In this document: one piece after another, positions 23,338-36,103 of the stretch | Layout: each line of letters begins with the position of its first letter | How positions within the stretch are numbered: position 1 is the stretch's first letter | NCBI GenBank assembly: GCA_950097015.1 | Contig: CATNEN010000005.1 | Coordinates: 6,014,001-6,078,000, forward strand | From: Macrostomum hystrix | Taxonomy: Eukaryota; Animalia; Platyhelminthes | Length of the DNA stretch: 64,000 nt | Reading direction: 5' to 3' | The notes under the pieces: generated by a model | Databases searched by the model: none | The model's input: the letters and a program-made list of their open reading frames with translations, nothing else | Told to the model about the DNA's origin: nothing | Position numbers and translations under genes: made by a program

Positions 23338-24045
23338 TTTTTAACACTTAATTATTTACAACAGTGTTCGGGTGTCTAATGGCATGAATGCTGCTTCACA
23401 ATGGTCCAGTGTACATTTTTGAGTTGTATTTGAGCAGTTTTAGTCATGAATTGATCAAAATATTCAAAATTATCTTGACTGAATCTGATCTGACACATGA
23501 GTGAAGCAACAGCTGTCATCCAATGGTCCCGAGTTCTGTTTCAAATCCCATGACTATTTTCTCCCCAGAAATGAATTATCCCAGACTAAAAGCTGATTGA
23601 CAGGAGCAATCGATGTTTATCCCAGCCATTTGCTCAAAATCACAATAAATTATTTTGTTATAAAAGTCTCAGACTCGAACTCTGAGATTTATTGACACCT
23701 TCTGATTAGAAACCTAATGTCTCTGGCTTGCCTGATGATTCACTCACTCAGTTGGCACAATGTCACAATTGTTGCTCTTGAGCCCGAGTACTTGAAATTA
23801 CGTTGTTTCATAAGACTTTATGCAGCTGAGGTTAGCTATGTTGCCTCGGACTCTCAAGACAAACATAAAGTACGAGTGTCAAGAGAAGTCAACTCAGATT
23901 TTTGTTTAGTAGGCTAATAGGCTAATGGAGCAGAGAGAGATGGTGGGAGGGGCAGAGGGGCCAACCTCTCAGGGCTAGCAAACGTTCAACTAGCGTGGAT
24001 GTGCATAAGCCTACGCGAAGCCTTCTCAACAAGTCAAGTAGTTCG

Positions 24046-25225
24046 TAGAGTTGTGGAGTTTCTGGTTTGCTTCTGGTTAGGTTGTGGAGTTTATGAGTAT
24101 GGTTGTGGAGCTTCTGAGTAAGGTTGTGGAGTTTATGAGTATGGTTGTGGAGCTTCTGAGTAAGGTTGTGGAGTTTCTGAGTAAGGTTGTGGAGTTTCTG
24201 AGTAAGGTTGTGGAGCTTCTGAGTAAGGTTGTGGAGCTTCTGAGTAAGGTTGTGGAGCTTCTGAGTAAGGTTGTGGAGCTTCTGAGTAAGGTTGTGGAGT
24301 TTATGAGTAAGGCTGTGGAGTTTCTGAGTAAGGCTGTGGAGTTTCTGAGTAAGGCTGTGGAGCTTCTGAGTAAGGCTGTGGAGTTTATGAGTAAGGCTGT
24401 GGAGTTTCTGAGTAAGGCTGTGGAGTTTATGAGTAAGGCTGTGGAGTTTATGAGTAAGGTTGTGGAGTTTATGAGTAAGGCTGTGGAGTTTCTGAGTAAG
24501 GCTGTGGAGTTTATGAGTAAGGCTGTGGAGTTTCTGAGTAAGGTTGTGGAGTTTCTGAGTAAGGCTGTGGAGTTTCTGAGTAAGGCTGTGGAGTTTATGA
24601 GTAAGGTTGTGGAGTTCATGAGTAAGGTTGTGGAGTTTCTGAGTAAGGTTGTGGAGCTTCTGAGTAAGGCTGTGGAGTTTATGAGTAAGGTTGTGGAGTT
24701 TATGAGTAAGGCTGTGGAGTTCATGAGTAAGGCTGTGGAGTTTATGAGTAAGGCTGTGGAGTTTATGAGTAAGGTTGTGGAGTTCATGAGTAAGGCTGTG
24801 GAGTTCATGAGTAAGGCTGTGGAGTTTCTGAGTAAGGCTGTGGAGTTTATGAGTAAGGTTGTGGAGTTTATGAGTAAGGTTGTGGAGTTTCTGAGTAAGG
24901 CTGTGGAGTTTATGAGTAAGGCTGTGGAGTTTCTGAGTAAGGCTGTGGAGTTTCTGGTAGGTCGTGGAGTTTCTGGTAGGTCGTGAAGTTTCTGGTAGGT
25001 CGTGGAGTTTCTGGTAGGTCGTGGAGTTTCTGGTAGGTCGTGAAGTTTCTGGTAGGTCGTGGAGTTTCTGGTAGGTCGTGGAGTTTCTTGTAGGTCGTGA
25101 AGTTTCTGGTAGGTCGTGGAGTTTCTGGTAGGTCGTGAAGTTTCTGGTAGGTCGTGGAGTTTCTGGTAGGTCGTGGAGTTTCTGGTAGGTCGTGGAGTTT
25201 TCGGATAGGTTGTGGAGTTTCTGAG
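24046..25225 (+). repeat. 21-mer/19-mer compound minisatellite
   Basis: Same units as 24-655, longer 21-mer tract. Confidence 0.97.
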
Positions 25226-25970
25226 AGGTTTCTAAAGGTAACTACTAAACTAAAGGTGTGTACTTAAATTGAATGCTCAGGAATTTAAAATTCGTAAGAC
25301 CCTAATCTTGAAATTTGCCTAAAGCATACATTGCTTTCCTGAACTTTTTTCTCAAACTAGAAAATGAGGATTGGTACATCAAAATCCTTTGTTACGTTAC
25401 GACTCATTCGTTAATTTTTTTCTAATCTAAAAGCTTCCTGAATTTTATTGGCGCGTCTATGATTACAACCATGAAAGTATGTGAAGCTAAGCCATTTTTG
25501 TTAATCTGCAATAAAGTCTAATTATAAACAGACACGAAATACTTTTAACAAACTTTGTTTAAGAGTCTAAATCAGACAGTTAACTTTTGTTAAACCCAAT
25601 GCATCTTAAAAACTCATTCTTTCCGTCATTAACTAGATTCTTTACTGTCATAATAAAAAATTAGCACTAAAAGCCACGAGGCCTACAGTGATAAACCATA
25701 AAAACAGAAAACCTTGCAGAATTGATGTCGTAACGAAAAGTACAGAAATCTAAAATCGCATATAAATATTTAACTAAAAGGCGAACTGTGATTAAGATTA
25801 CCATATGCATGTCGCAATGAACAACACAATGATCTGCACCCACTGGGAAAAAAGCAGGCGGCCCGCTTACGGCGGAGCAGCGTGGCGTAGAGTCTGTGCC
25901 GAAGTCGGGATGCGCCACGCTTAGCAAGCGGCTAGCACGCTATGGTGGCTGCAAAGTCGCAGTCTGGCCG

Positions 25971-26213
25971 TGTGAGAGATACAATTCAGACTACTGACAA
26001 CAGTAGAAAAGCAAGGACTTGGCTGCAAAACTCTCACATAACACTAAAAAATATCGCCATAGAAAATGACAAGCTTAAAAGAGACTTCTGTGCACACTGA
26101 GAGTGGTGGGAGAGGACTGCGTGTGGCTATGGCTGACTGACGAAGGCAAACAAGCCAGAAACCGGTCTCGGTCTGCCAGCGCGAGGTTCGTTCCCCACTT
26201 TTAGTGTGTTACA
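25971..26213. mobile_element. Solo LTR, 243 bp, hybrid flanks GGCCG...ATGAG
   Basis: Same LTR as 1407-1649; 5' flank GGCCG, 3' flank ATGAG (26214-26218). Confidence 0.9.
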
Positions 26214-26599
26214 ATGAGTATAGAATAGATCTTAGTTCCCTTAGCGTCTGTGAGTAAATAACTAGCTAAGCTACATAGGATGAGGTAGTTACGGTAGTAG
26301 AACTAGATGAGTTCCAGATGAGTAGAACTAGCAGTAAATAAAGTTGAGACTGCTGGCGATAGATCTAATTGTGTAAGGGACACATATGCTTGAAGGTAAG
26401 TCGATGTATTGCATTCTATGTTCTCATTGTCAACTCTTACATGTGTAAATCAAGTGAAAGATTGATTTCTACCTTTCTGTCCTAGATGCAACTGTCCTGT
26501 CCATAGTACTTCAATCACAACAGAATTTGACGGCCTTTCATTCACTCACAATGTCGTATGCAGCTCATTTCATGCACACCAATATGATTTTCTAATATT

Positions 26600-27265
26600 T
26601 CATTCACTCCACAATGTTCCATGATCCTTCATTCACTCCACAATGTTCCATGATTCTCCATTGACTCCGCATTGTTCCATGGTTCTCCATTGACTCCACA
26701 TTGTTCCATGATTCTCCATTCACTCCACAATGTTCCATGATTCTCCATTGACTCCACAATGTTCCATGATCCTTCATTCACTCCACAATGTTCTATGATC
26801 CTTCATTCACTCCACAATGTCCCATGATCCTTCATTCACTCCACAATGTCCCATGATTCTCCATTGACTCCACATTGTTCCATGATCCTTCATTCACTCC
26901 ACAATGTTCCATGATTCTCCATTGACTCCACATTGTTCCATGATCCTTCATTCACTCCACAATGTCCCATGATTCTCCATTGACTCCACATTGTTCCATG
27001 ATCCTTCATTCACTCCACAATGTCCCATGATTCTCCATTGACTCCACATTGTTCCATGATCCTTCATTCACTCCACAATGTCCCATGATTCTCCATTGAC
27101 TCCACATTGTTCCATGATCCTACATTCACTCCACAATGTCCCATGATTCTCCATTGACTCCACATTGTTCCATGATCCTTCATTCACTCCACAATGTCCC
27201 ATGATTCTCCATTGACTCCACATTGTTCCATGATCCTACATTCACTCCACAATGTTCCATGGTTC
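26600..27265 (+). repeat. 29-bp minisatellite with 58-bp higher-order dimer (CATTCACTCCACAATGTCCCATGATTCTC / CATTGACTCCACATTGTTCCATGATCCTT)
   Basis: Dimer period 58 (27003 to 27061). The second copy is 116 bp (2 dimers) shorter. Confidence 0.95.
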
Positions 27266-28218
27266 TTGATTCACTCTAAATTTTTCCTTCGATCTTTGTT
27301 AACCCTATATTATCCTATTATCCAGTCAATAAGTTATTCCTGATGGGTGCATTGTTCATCCCGAATCCTTGGAAATAATCGCCATACCCAATCGGGGATT
27401 TTACAATGCGTGGGATACAGTTGCACCAACTAATCAGATTCTAGCATCCTTGAAGTTTAATATTTATGAGTTCTGAATTGAATTAAGGCCTTTCAATGGA
27501 CATAGTTACACCAAATTTTATGTTAAAAAACGAAATACAGGTAATTGACTCTTTGTTTATCTCTAATTAACAAAAAATCTTTGTATTCGCCAACTAAATT
27601 GTCTAGATCGCTAGTTTTCAGATAAACAAAACGATCAACTCAAGCGTAATGCTCATTGTCATTCTGGGCTCATCTATGGCTCTGAGCAGTGCTTCTAGTA
27701 GCGGCGATCTCAATCCTACTCAACCGCTAAGCTGCTACTTCAGCCAGCGATCAGCCGATGGTCGAACACTGACAAACAATTTGTACACCTGCGATAAGAA
27801 CTAATGCTTCAAAGGCCAATTAACACCTGATCGAGGGCGCTGATGGTGTCGGAAGCCTGTAAAACTGGCCGGCTAAGGCGGGTGACGTCATGCGCGGTTT
27901 TATGCAGATGAGGTTAGTTATGTTGCCTCGAACTCTCAAGACAAACATAAAGTACGAGTGTCAAGAGAAGTCAACTCAGATTTTTGTTTAGTAGGCTAAT
28001 CATGAACTTGCCGTCAACTCAGTTTAATGGCTCGTTAAAGAGAATCTCTTCGCAAACTTTAATAATAAAGATGCATGTCGCTTATTAGGTGATTGGGGTG
28101 GAGCAGAGAGATAGTGGGAGGGGCAGAGAGGGCCGACCTCTCAGAGCTAGCAGACGTTCAACTAGCGAAAATGTACATAAGCCTACGCGAAGCCTTCTCA
28201 ACAAGTCAAGTAATTCGT

Positions 28219-29272
28219 AGAGTTGTGGAGTTTCTGGTTTGCTTCTGGTTTGGTTGTGGAGTTTCTGAGTAAGGCTGTGGAGTTTCTGAGTAAGGCTGTG
28301 GAGTTTCTGAGTAAGGCTGTGGAGTTTCTGAGTAAGGCTGTGGAGTTTATGAGTAAGGTTGTGGAGTTTATGAGTAAGGCTGTAGAGTTTATGAGTAAGG
28401 TTGTGGAGTTTATGAGTAAGGCTATCGAGTTTCTGAGTAAGGCTGTGGAGTTTATGAGTAAGGCTGTGGAGTTTATGAGTAAGGCTATGGAGTTTATGAG
28501 TAAGGCTGTGGAGTTTATGAGTAAGGTTGTGGAGTTTATGAGTAAGGCTGTGGAGTTCATGAGTAAGGCTGTGGAGTTCATGAGTAAGGCTGTGGAGTTT
28601 ATGAGTAAGGTTGTGGAGTTTCTGAGTAAGGCTGTGGAGTTTATGAGTAAGGTTGTGGAGTTCATGAGTAAGGCTGTGGAGTTCATGAGTAAGGCTGTGG
28701 AGTTTCTGAGTAAGGCTGTGGAGTTTATGAGTAAGGTTGTGGAGTTTATGAGTAAGGCTGTGGAGTTCATGAGTAAGGCTGTGGAGTTTATGAGTAAGGC
28801 TGTGGAGTTTATGAGTAAGGTTGTGGAGTTCATGAGTAAGGCTGTGGAGTTCATGAGTAAGGCTGTGGAGTTTCTGAGTAAGGCTGTGGAGTTTATGAGT
28901 AAGGTTGTGGAGTTTATGAGTAAGGTTGTGGAGTTTCTGAGTAAGGCTGTGGAGTTTATGAGTAAGGCTGTGGAGTTTCTGAGTAAGGCTGTGGAGTTTC
29001 TGGTAGGTCGTGGAGTTTCTGGTAGGTCGTGAAGTTTCTGGTAGGTCGTGGAGTTTCTGGTAGGTCGTGGAGTTTCTGGTAGGTCGTGAAGTTTCTGGTA
29101 GGTCGTGGAGTTTCTGGTAGGTCGTGGAGTTTCTTGTAGGTCGTGAAGTTTCTGGTAGGTCGTGGAGTTTCTGGTAGGTCGTGAAGTTTCTGGTAGGTCG
29201 TGGAGTTTCTGGTAGGTCGTGGAGTTTCTGGTAGGTCGTGGAGTTTTCGGATAGGTTGTGGAGTTTCTGAGA
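28219..29272 (+). repeat. 21-mer/19-mer compound minisatellite
   Basis: Read directly. Confidence 0.97.
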
Positions 29273-30013
29273 GGTTTCTAAAGGTAACTACTAAACTAAA
29301 GGTGTGTACTTAAATTGAATGCTCAGGAATTTAAAATTCGTAAGACCCTAATCTTGAAATTTGCCTAAAGCATACATTGCTTTCCTGAACTTTTTTCTCA
29401 AACTAGAAAATGAGGATTGGTACATCAAAATCCTTTGTTACGTTACGACTCATTCGTTAATTTTTTTCTAATCTAAAAGCTTCCTGAATTTTATTGGCGC
29501 GTCTATGATTACAACCATGAAAGTATGTGAAGCTAAGCCATTTTTGTTAATCTGCAATAAAGTCTAATTATAAACAGACACGAAATACTTTTAACAAACT
29601 TTGTTTAAGAGTCTAAATCAGACAGTTAACTTTTGTTAAACCCAATGCATCTTAAAAACTCATTCTTTCCGTCATTAACTAGATTCTTTACTGTCATAAT
29701 AAAAAATTAGCACTAAAAGCCACGAGGCCTACAGTGATAAACCATAAAAACAGAAAACCCTGCAGAATTGATGTCGTAACGAAAAGTACAGAAATCTAAA
29801 ATCGCATATAAATATTTAACTAAAAGGCGAACATATGCATGCGACATATGCATATCGCAATGAACAACACAATGATCTGCACCCACTGGGAAAAAAGCAG
29901 GCGGCCCGCTTACGGCGGAGCAGCGTGGCGTAGAGTCTGTGCCGAAGTCGGGATGCGCCACGCTTAGCAAGCGGCTAGCACGCTATGGTGGCTGCAAAGT
30001 CGCAGTCTGGCCG

Positions 30014-30256
30014 TGTGAGAGATACAATTCAGACTACTGACAACAGTAGAAAAGCAAGGACTTGGCTGCAAAACTCTCACATAACACTAAAAAATATCGC
30101 CATAGAAAATGACAAGCTTAAAAGAGACTTCTGTGCACACTGAGAGTGGTGGGAGAGGACGGCGTGTGGCTATGGCTGACTGACGAAGGCAAACAAGCCA
30201 GAAACCGGTCTCGGTCTGCCAGCGCGAGGTTCGTTCCCCACTTTTAGTGTGTTACA
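30014..30256. mobile_element. Solo LTR, 243 bp, hybrid flanks GGCCG...ATGAG
   Basis: GGCCG 30009-30013; ATGAG 30257-30261. Confidence 0.9.
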
Positions 30257-30642
30257 ATGAGTATAGAATAGATCTTAGTTCCCTTAGCGTCTGTGAGTAA
30301 ATAACTAGCTAAGCTACATAGGATGAGGTAGTTACGGTAGTAGAACTAGATGAGTTCCAGATGAGTAGAACTAGCAGTAAATAAAGTTGAGACTGCTGGC
30401 GATAGATCTAATTGTGTAAGGGACACATATGCTTGAAGGTAAGTCGATGTATTGCATTCTATGTTCTCATTGTCAACTCTTACATGTGTAAATCAAGTGA
30501 AAGATTGATTTCTACCTTTCTGTCCTAGATGCAACTGTCCTGTCCATAGTACTTCAATCACAACAGAATTTGACGGCCTTTCATTCACTCACAATGTCGT
30601 ATGCAGCTCATTTCATGCACACCAATATGATTTTCTAATATT

Positions 30643-31192
30643 TCATTCACTCCACAATGTTCCATGATCCTTCATTCACTCCACAATGTTCCATGATTCT
30701 CCATTGACTCCGCATTGTTCCATGGTTCTCCATTGACTCCACATTGTTCCATGATTCTCCATTCACTCCACAATGTTCCATGATTCTCCATTGACTCCAC
30801 AATGTTCCATGATCCTTCATTCACTCCACAATGTTCTATGATCCTTCATTCACTCCACAATGTCCCATGATCCTTCATTCACTCCACAATGTCCCATGAT
30901 TCTCCATTGACTCCACATTGTTCCATGATCCTTCATTCACTCCACAATGTTCCATGATTCTCCATTGACTCCACATTGTTCCATGATCCTTCATTCACTC
31001 CACAATGTCCCATGATTCTCCATTGACTCCACATTGTTCCATGATCCTTCATTCACTCCACAATGTCCCATGATTCTCCATTGACTCCACATTGTTCCAT
31101 GATCCTTCATTCACTCCACAATGTCCCATGATTCTCCATTGACTCCACATTGTTCCATGATCCTACATTCACTCCACAATGTTCCATGGTTC
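30643..31192 (+). repeat. 29/58-bp minisatellite, second copy
   Basis: Read directly. Confidence 0.95.
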
Positions 31193-32145
31193 TTGATTCA
31201 CTCTAAATTTTTCCTTCGATCTTTGTTAACCCTATATTATCCTATTATCCAGTCAATAAGTTATTCCTGATGGGTGCATTGTTCATCCCGAATCCTTGGA
31301 AATAATCGCCATACCCAATCGGGGATTTTACAATGCGTGGGATACAGTTGCACCAACTAATCAGATTCTAGCATCCTTGAAGTTTAATATTTATGAGTTC
31401 TGAATTGAATTAAGGCCTTTCAATGGACATAGTTACACCAAATTTTATGTTAAAAAACGAAATACAGGTAATTGACTCTTTGTTTATCTCTAATTAACAA
31501 AAAATCTTTGTATTCGCCAACTAAATTGTCTAGATCGCTAGTTTTCAGATAAACAAAACGATCAACTCAAGCGTAATGCTCATTGTCATTCTGGGCTCAT
31601 CTATGGCTCTGAGCAGTGCTTCTAGTAGCGGCGATCTCAATCCTACTCAACCGCTAAGCTGCTACTTCAGCCAGCGATCAGCCGATGGTCGAACACTGAC
31701 AAACAATTTGTACACCTGCGATAAGAACTAATGCTTCAAAGGCCAATTAACACCTGATCGAGGGCGCTGATGGTGTCGGAAGCCTGTAAAACTGGCCGGC
31801 TAAGGCGGGTGACGTCATGCGCGGTTTTATGCAGATGAGGTTAGTTATGTTGCCTCGAACTCTCAAGACAAACATAAAGTACGAGTGTCAAGAGAAGTCA
31901 ACTCAGATTTTTGTTTAGTAGGCTAATCATGAACTTGCCGTCAACTCAGTTTAATGGCTCGTTAAAGAGAATCTCTTCGAAAACTTTAATAATAAAGATG
32001 CATGTCGCTTATTAGGTGATTGGGGTGGAGCAGAGAGATAGTGGGAGGGGCAGAGAGGGCCGACCTCTCAGAGCTAGCAGACGTTCAACTAGCGAAAATG
32101 TACATAAGCCTACGCGAAGCCTTCTCAACAAGTCAAGTAATTCGT

Positions 32146-32785
32146 AGAGTTGTGGAGTTTCTGGTTTGCTTCTGGTTTGGTTGTGGAGTTTCTGAGTAAG
32201 GCTGTGGAGTTTCTGAGTAAGGCTGTGGAGTTTCTGAGTAAGGCTGTGGAGTTTCTGAGTAAGGCTGTGGAGTTTCTGAGTAAGGCTGTGGAGTTTATGA
32301 GTAAGGCTGTGGAGTTTATGAGTAAGGCTATGGAGTTTATGAGTAAGGCTGTGGAGTTTCTGAGTAAGGCTGTGGAGTTTATGAGTAAGGTTGTGGAGTT
32401 TATGAGTAAGGTTGTGGAGTTTCTGAGTAAGGCTGTGGAGTTTATGAGTAAGGCTGTGGAGTTTCTGAGTAAGGCTGTGGAGTTTCTGGTAGGTCGTGGA
32501 GTTTCTGGTAGGTCGTGAAGTTTCTGGTAGGTCGTGGAGTTTCTGGTAGGTCGTGGAGTTTCTGGTAGGTCGTGAAGTTTCTGGTAGGTCGTGGAGTTTC
32601 TGGTAGGTCGTGGAGTTTCTTGTAGGTCGTGAAGTTTCTGGTAGGTCGTGGAGTTTCTGGTAGGTCGTGAAGTTTCTGGTAGGTCGTGGAGTTTCTGGTA
32701 GGTCGTGAAGTTTCTGGTAGGTCGTGGAGTTTCTGGTAGGTCGTGGAGTTTCTGGTAGGTCGTGGAGTTTTCGGATAGGTTGTGG
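32146..32785 (+). repeat. 21-mer/19-mer compound minisatellite
   Basis: Read directly. Confidence 0.97.
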
Positions 32786-33551
32786 AGTTTCTGAGAGGTT
32801 TCTAAAGGTAACTACTAAACTAAAGGTGTGTACTTAAATTGAATGCTCAGAAATTTAAAATTCGTACGACCCTAGTCTTGAAAATTTGCATAAAGCATAC
32901 ATTAATTAACATTGCTTTCCTGAACTTTTTTCTCAAACTAGAAAATGAGGATTGGTACATCAAAATCCTTTGTTACGTTACGACTCATTCGTTAATTTTT
33001 TTCTAATCTAAAAGCTTCCTGAATTTTATTGGCGCGTCTATGATTACAACCATGAAAGTATGTGAAGCTAAGCCATTTTTGTTAATCTGCAATAAAGTCT
33101 AATTATAAACAGACACGAAATACTTTTAACAAACTTTGTTTAAGAGTCTAAATCAGACAGTTAACTTTTGTTAAACCCAATGCATCTTAAAAACCCATTC
33201 TTTCCGTCATTAACTAGATTCTTTACTGTCACAATAATAAATTAGCACTAAAAGCCACGAGGCCTACAGTGATAAACCATAAAAACAGAAAACCTTGCAG
33301 AATTGATGTCGTAACGAAAAGTACAGAAATCTAAAATCGCATATAAATATTTAACTAAAAGGCGAACTGTGATTAAGATTACCATATGCATGTCGCAATG
33401 AACAACACAATGATCTGCACCCACTGGGAAAAAAGCAGGCGGCCCGCTTACGGCGGAGCAGCGTGGCGTAGAGTCTGTGCCGAAGTCGGGATGCGCCACG
33501 CTTAGCAAGCGGCTAGCACGCTATGGTGGCTGCAAAGTCGCAGTCTGGCCG

Positions 33552-33794
33552 TGTGAGAGATACAATTCAGACTACTGACAACAGTAGAAAAGCAAGGACT
33601 TGGCTGCAAAACTCTCACATAACACTAAAAAATATCGCCATAGAAAATGACAAGCTTAAAAGAGACTTCTGTGCACACTGAGAGTGGTGGGAGAGGACGG
33701 CGTGTGGCTATGGCTGACTGACGAAGGCAAACAAGCCAGAAACCGGTCTCGGTCTGCCAGCGCGAGGTTCGTTCCCCACTTTTAGTGTGTTACA
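33552..33794. mobile_element. Solo LTR, 243 bp, TSD GGCCG...GGCCG
   Basis: GGCCG 33547-33551 and 33795-33799; orthologous to 1407-1649. Confidence 0.9.
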
Positions 33795-35738
33795 GGCCGA
33801 ATGCTAGCCGAAAGCGGTATCTACATTTCGAAGCGATGCCACCTTAGTGCCGAATTGCAAGCCTGTATGCATTGGCACTGGATGCTGACCAAATAAGAAC
33901 ACAAAAAGGACAGAACAGAATAAAACAGGAGGCACTTATCATTGAGCAGACATCAGACAAAAACGAGCCCGAGAATAAACTGCTCAATAGTAAATTTATA
34001 AGCAGCAGAGCTCGAAATTATTTTTATTTTATTTACAAATGACTAATTAGTCGATAACAATAGCGAGTATTCGAAGATTTTGAAAAAAATAAACTAGCTA
34101 TATGTTTAACTGCGAAGCATAAGGAAATTATAGAAAACAGAGTGAATAACATTTGCCTAATAAAAATATTAATCGACAAGTTTGAGGAATCGCCATGCTC
34201 CTTTGGGAGGGCAACTGCTTTTCCATCTGGTATACCAGAGACGATTTGGCGGCAAGTAGTGTAAGTGCCTTATGTCTAGCTGGCGCGACTCACACGGATA
34301 TTCATAAAGGTTGCAACGAAGAATATTAATTGTTCGTTATACCGCCATGACAATCAACAGAATTTGCCCCTTCACGGCCTTCAGTTGCACCAATATAATG
34401 CGACTCAGGACGGTAATGACTTCTGAATCCTGTAGAAAACCGGCAAATCTTAGTGATAATCCCCTCCACTGGAACATGTTTCCACTTGACACTCCTGCAG
34501 TAGGTTCAGACAACACCAGGATTTTCTTCAGCCAAAGCTAATTGCAAAATTACTGCAGTGACAGGTTTACTGTCTTATTTAGCAGTAATTGCCAGCCGAA
34601 ATGCCTGACTAGCAAGACTGCCAATTCCATGATGTATAAACTAGTTCATTAATAGAAAACTGGCTGAACTTTGACTTTTTGTCTTCAGGAAAGTAGAGTA
34701 GAGCACACTGCCTATTTTCAAATGCTAACTTTGAAAAGGATTGTAGAACAAGTAGCTGAAATGAATAAAATATAAATGAGTGATAGCATACAGATAATTT
34801 GTTAGCTAAGCAATTGTTTTACCTAGCAAAAGTGGCTCTAATGCTATAGTAGAATGCCTGCCGTAACGGCCACCGTAACGCTGCAACGGATAGAAGAGAC
34901 GCTGATTGCGGGCCGACTACGCAATGGCTACAGAATAGAATAGAATGCGACATTATCAGTCGAGCCGCCTGCTATCCGCTTACTCATTTCCCATTGGGCA
35001 GCCGTTGATTAGCGCTAAATGCCCATTTGCACAGCAAAAACAAAATTAAAATGCTCGTATCTCGTGTCAGTAAGCAACGATTTTTGCAAAAATGTTTATA
35101 CAAAGATAAATCAGTTCATTTGGAAGGGACAAGCATATTTAATCTACAGGAAAGCAAAACAGTTGCTGCTTCCGAGCCTAGCTCTCGCAGCTGTCTTTGT
35201 ACCTCACAATACGAGTATGCCAACTGCAACAATAAGCCACAATGAGCATAAGACTCAGAGACTAAAACTGTCTGCAGCCATAAAAATGGAGGCTGTCGAG
35301 GCTTTGAAATCTTTCGCCCAAGAAAAACTTTAGTCATAAAGGAAAGCCGAATCGAGCACAGACTCTTAATTGAGGCTCGAGTAGTGCTCTAGCTGCTCAG
35401 CCGTGTTCTCGAACTCAACTCGGGGTTTGGTGGGTCCTTTGTGTAGCCGCACAGATTCTCTCTTGTGTTGAGGCACAAGTTGAGTACAGGACTCATTCTT
35501 TTAAATGCTGAGCAGCCAAGAATGTATTTTACCTGGCATTGAAACTGATGCAAATGGAGGCTGCGAATGGGGGATGGTCATTTTGTCTCCTACTCAAACT
35601 CAACTCAACTAGTAAGTCTACTCAGTGCAGCCATGCAGAAATATTTCTATATGAGCTCAGAAAGCATTGCGATAGAGGAGCCCTAAAAACTGATGCACAC
35701 AGTCGCAATGCAGTGTAGCCTGCGATGCCCATCCTTCT

Positions 35739-35958
35739 GTTGCTAGGCAACAATAAACAAACTGGCGCCAATTTAAGAGCCGGAGTGGAGCATCGTTTCG
35801 CTCTTCATTTGCGACGGCAGCTTTCAAGCAGCCGACTGACCGACATCCACCGACCGAGTCTCTCCGTTGCTAGGCGACTCTCTCCGTTGCTAGGCGAGAC
35901 TCTCCGTTGCTAGGCGAGACTATCCGGATCTCCCATTGCTGCTGTAGTGCAGGTGAGG
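35739..35958 (+). promoter_or_regulatory. Upstream module 1 (copy B)
   Basis: X-box 35739-35751 + ATAAACAAA; three half-sites; CAG|GTGAGG with GT at 35953. Confidence 0.6.
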
Positions 35959-36103
35959 GGGTTAGTTGCTGAACTAGTTTCCATAAACTACTAAACAGTG
36001 CCTTACTCTCTTAATGCTGTCATTTTTAAACAACAGTAGGTATATTAGTCGTTTGTTAAACTATGCTTTAGCTGGATTTCAGAAACACAATCCTGACAGA
36101 TAA

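Larger units (their letters stand above)
1..23790 (+). repeat. Segmental duplication unit, copy A (starts before the window)
   Basis: Same order of unique blocks and minisatellites (LTR, 22-mer, 28-mer, 20-mer, 23-mer, TRP gene, XbaI-site array, 32-mer) recurs at ~31.8-56.7 kb and from 56.7 kb. Shared short ORFs in the track (e.g. 2165/34311/57490; 5586/38834) confirm homology. Boundaries approximate. Confidence 0.95.
23819..33794 (+). repeat. Local tandem expansion X-LTR-Y-X-LTR-Y-X-LTR (periods 4043 and 3538 bp)
   Basis: LTR starts at 25971, 30014 and 33552. Y blocks at 26214-27900 and 30257-31827. X blocks carry the 21/19-mer arrays. Confidence 0.93.

Noticed and set aside
24084-24986. 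Long heptad-like ORFs (VEFLSKA)n at 60, 24084, 28223 and 32150, and antisense (NSTALLR)n
   Set aside because: A 21-bp unit without a stop is automatically open. Both strands are open, length varies freely among four copies, and the frame dies in the adjoining 19-mer. The conservative L/M and A/V variation is single-base unit variation.
27299-27306. piggyBac-like ends (TTAA|CCCT here; AGGG|TTAA at ~16146 and ~44901)
   Set aside because: No matching partner end with extended inverted repeat in the right orientation.
26214-30256. Full-length LTR retrotransposon between successive LTR copies
   Set aside because: No gag/pol, PBS or PPT. Flanking 5-mers show two separate solo insertions, not one element.
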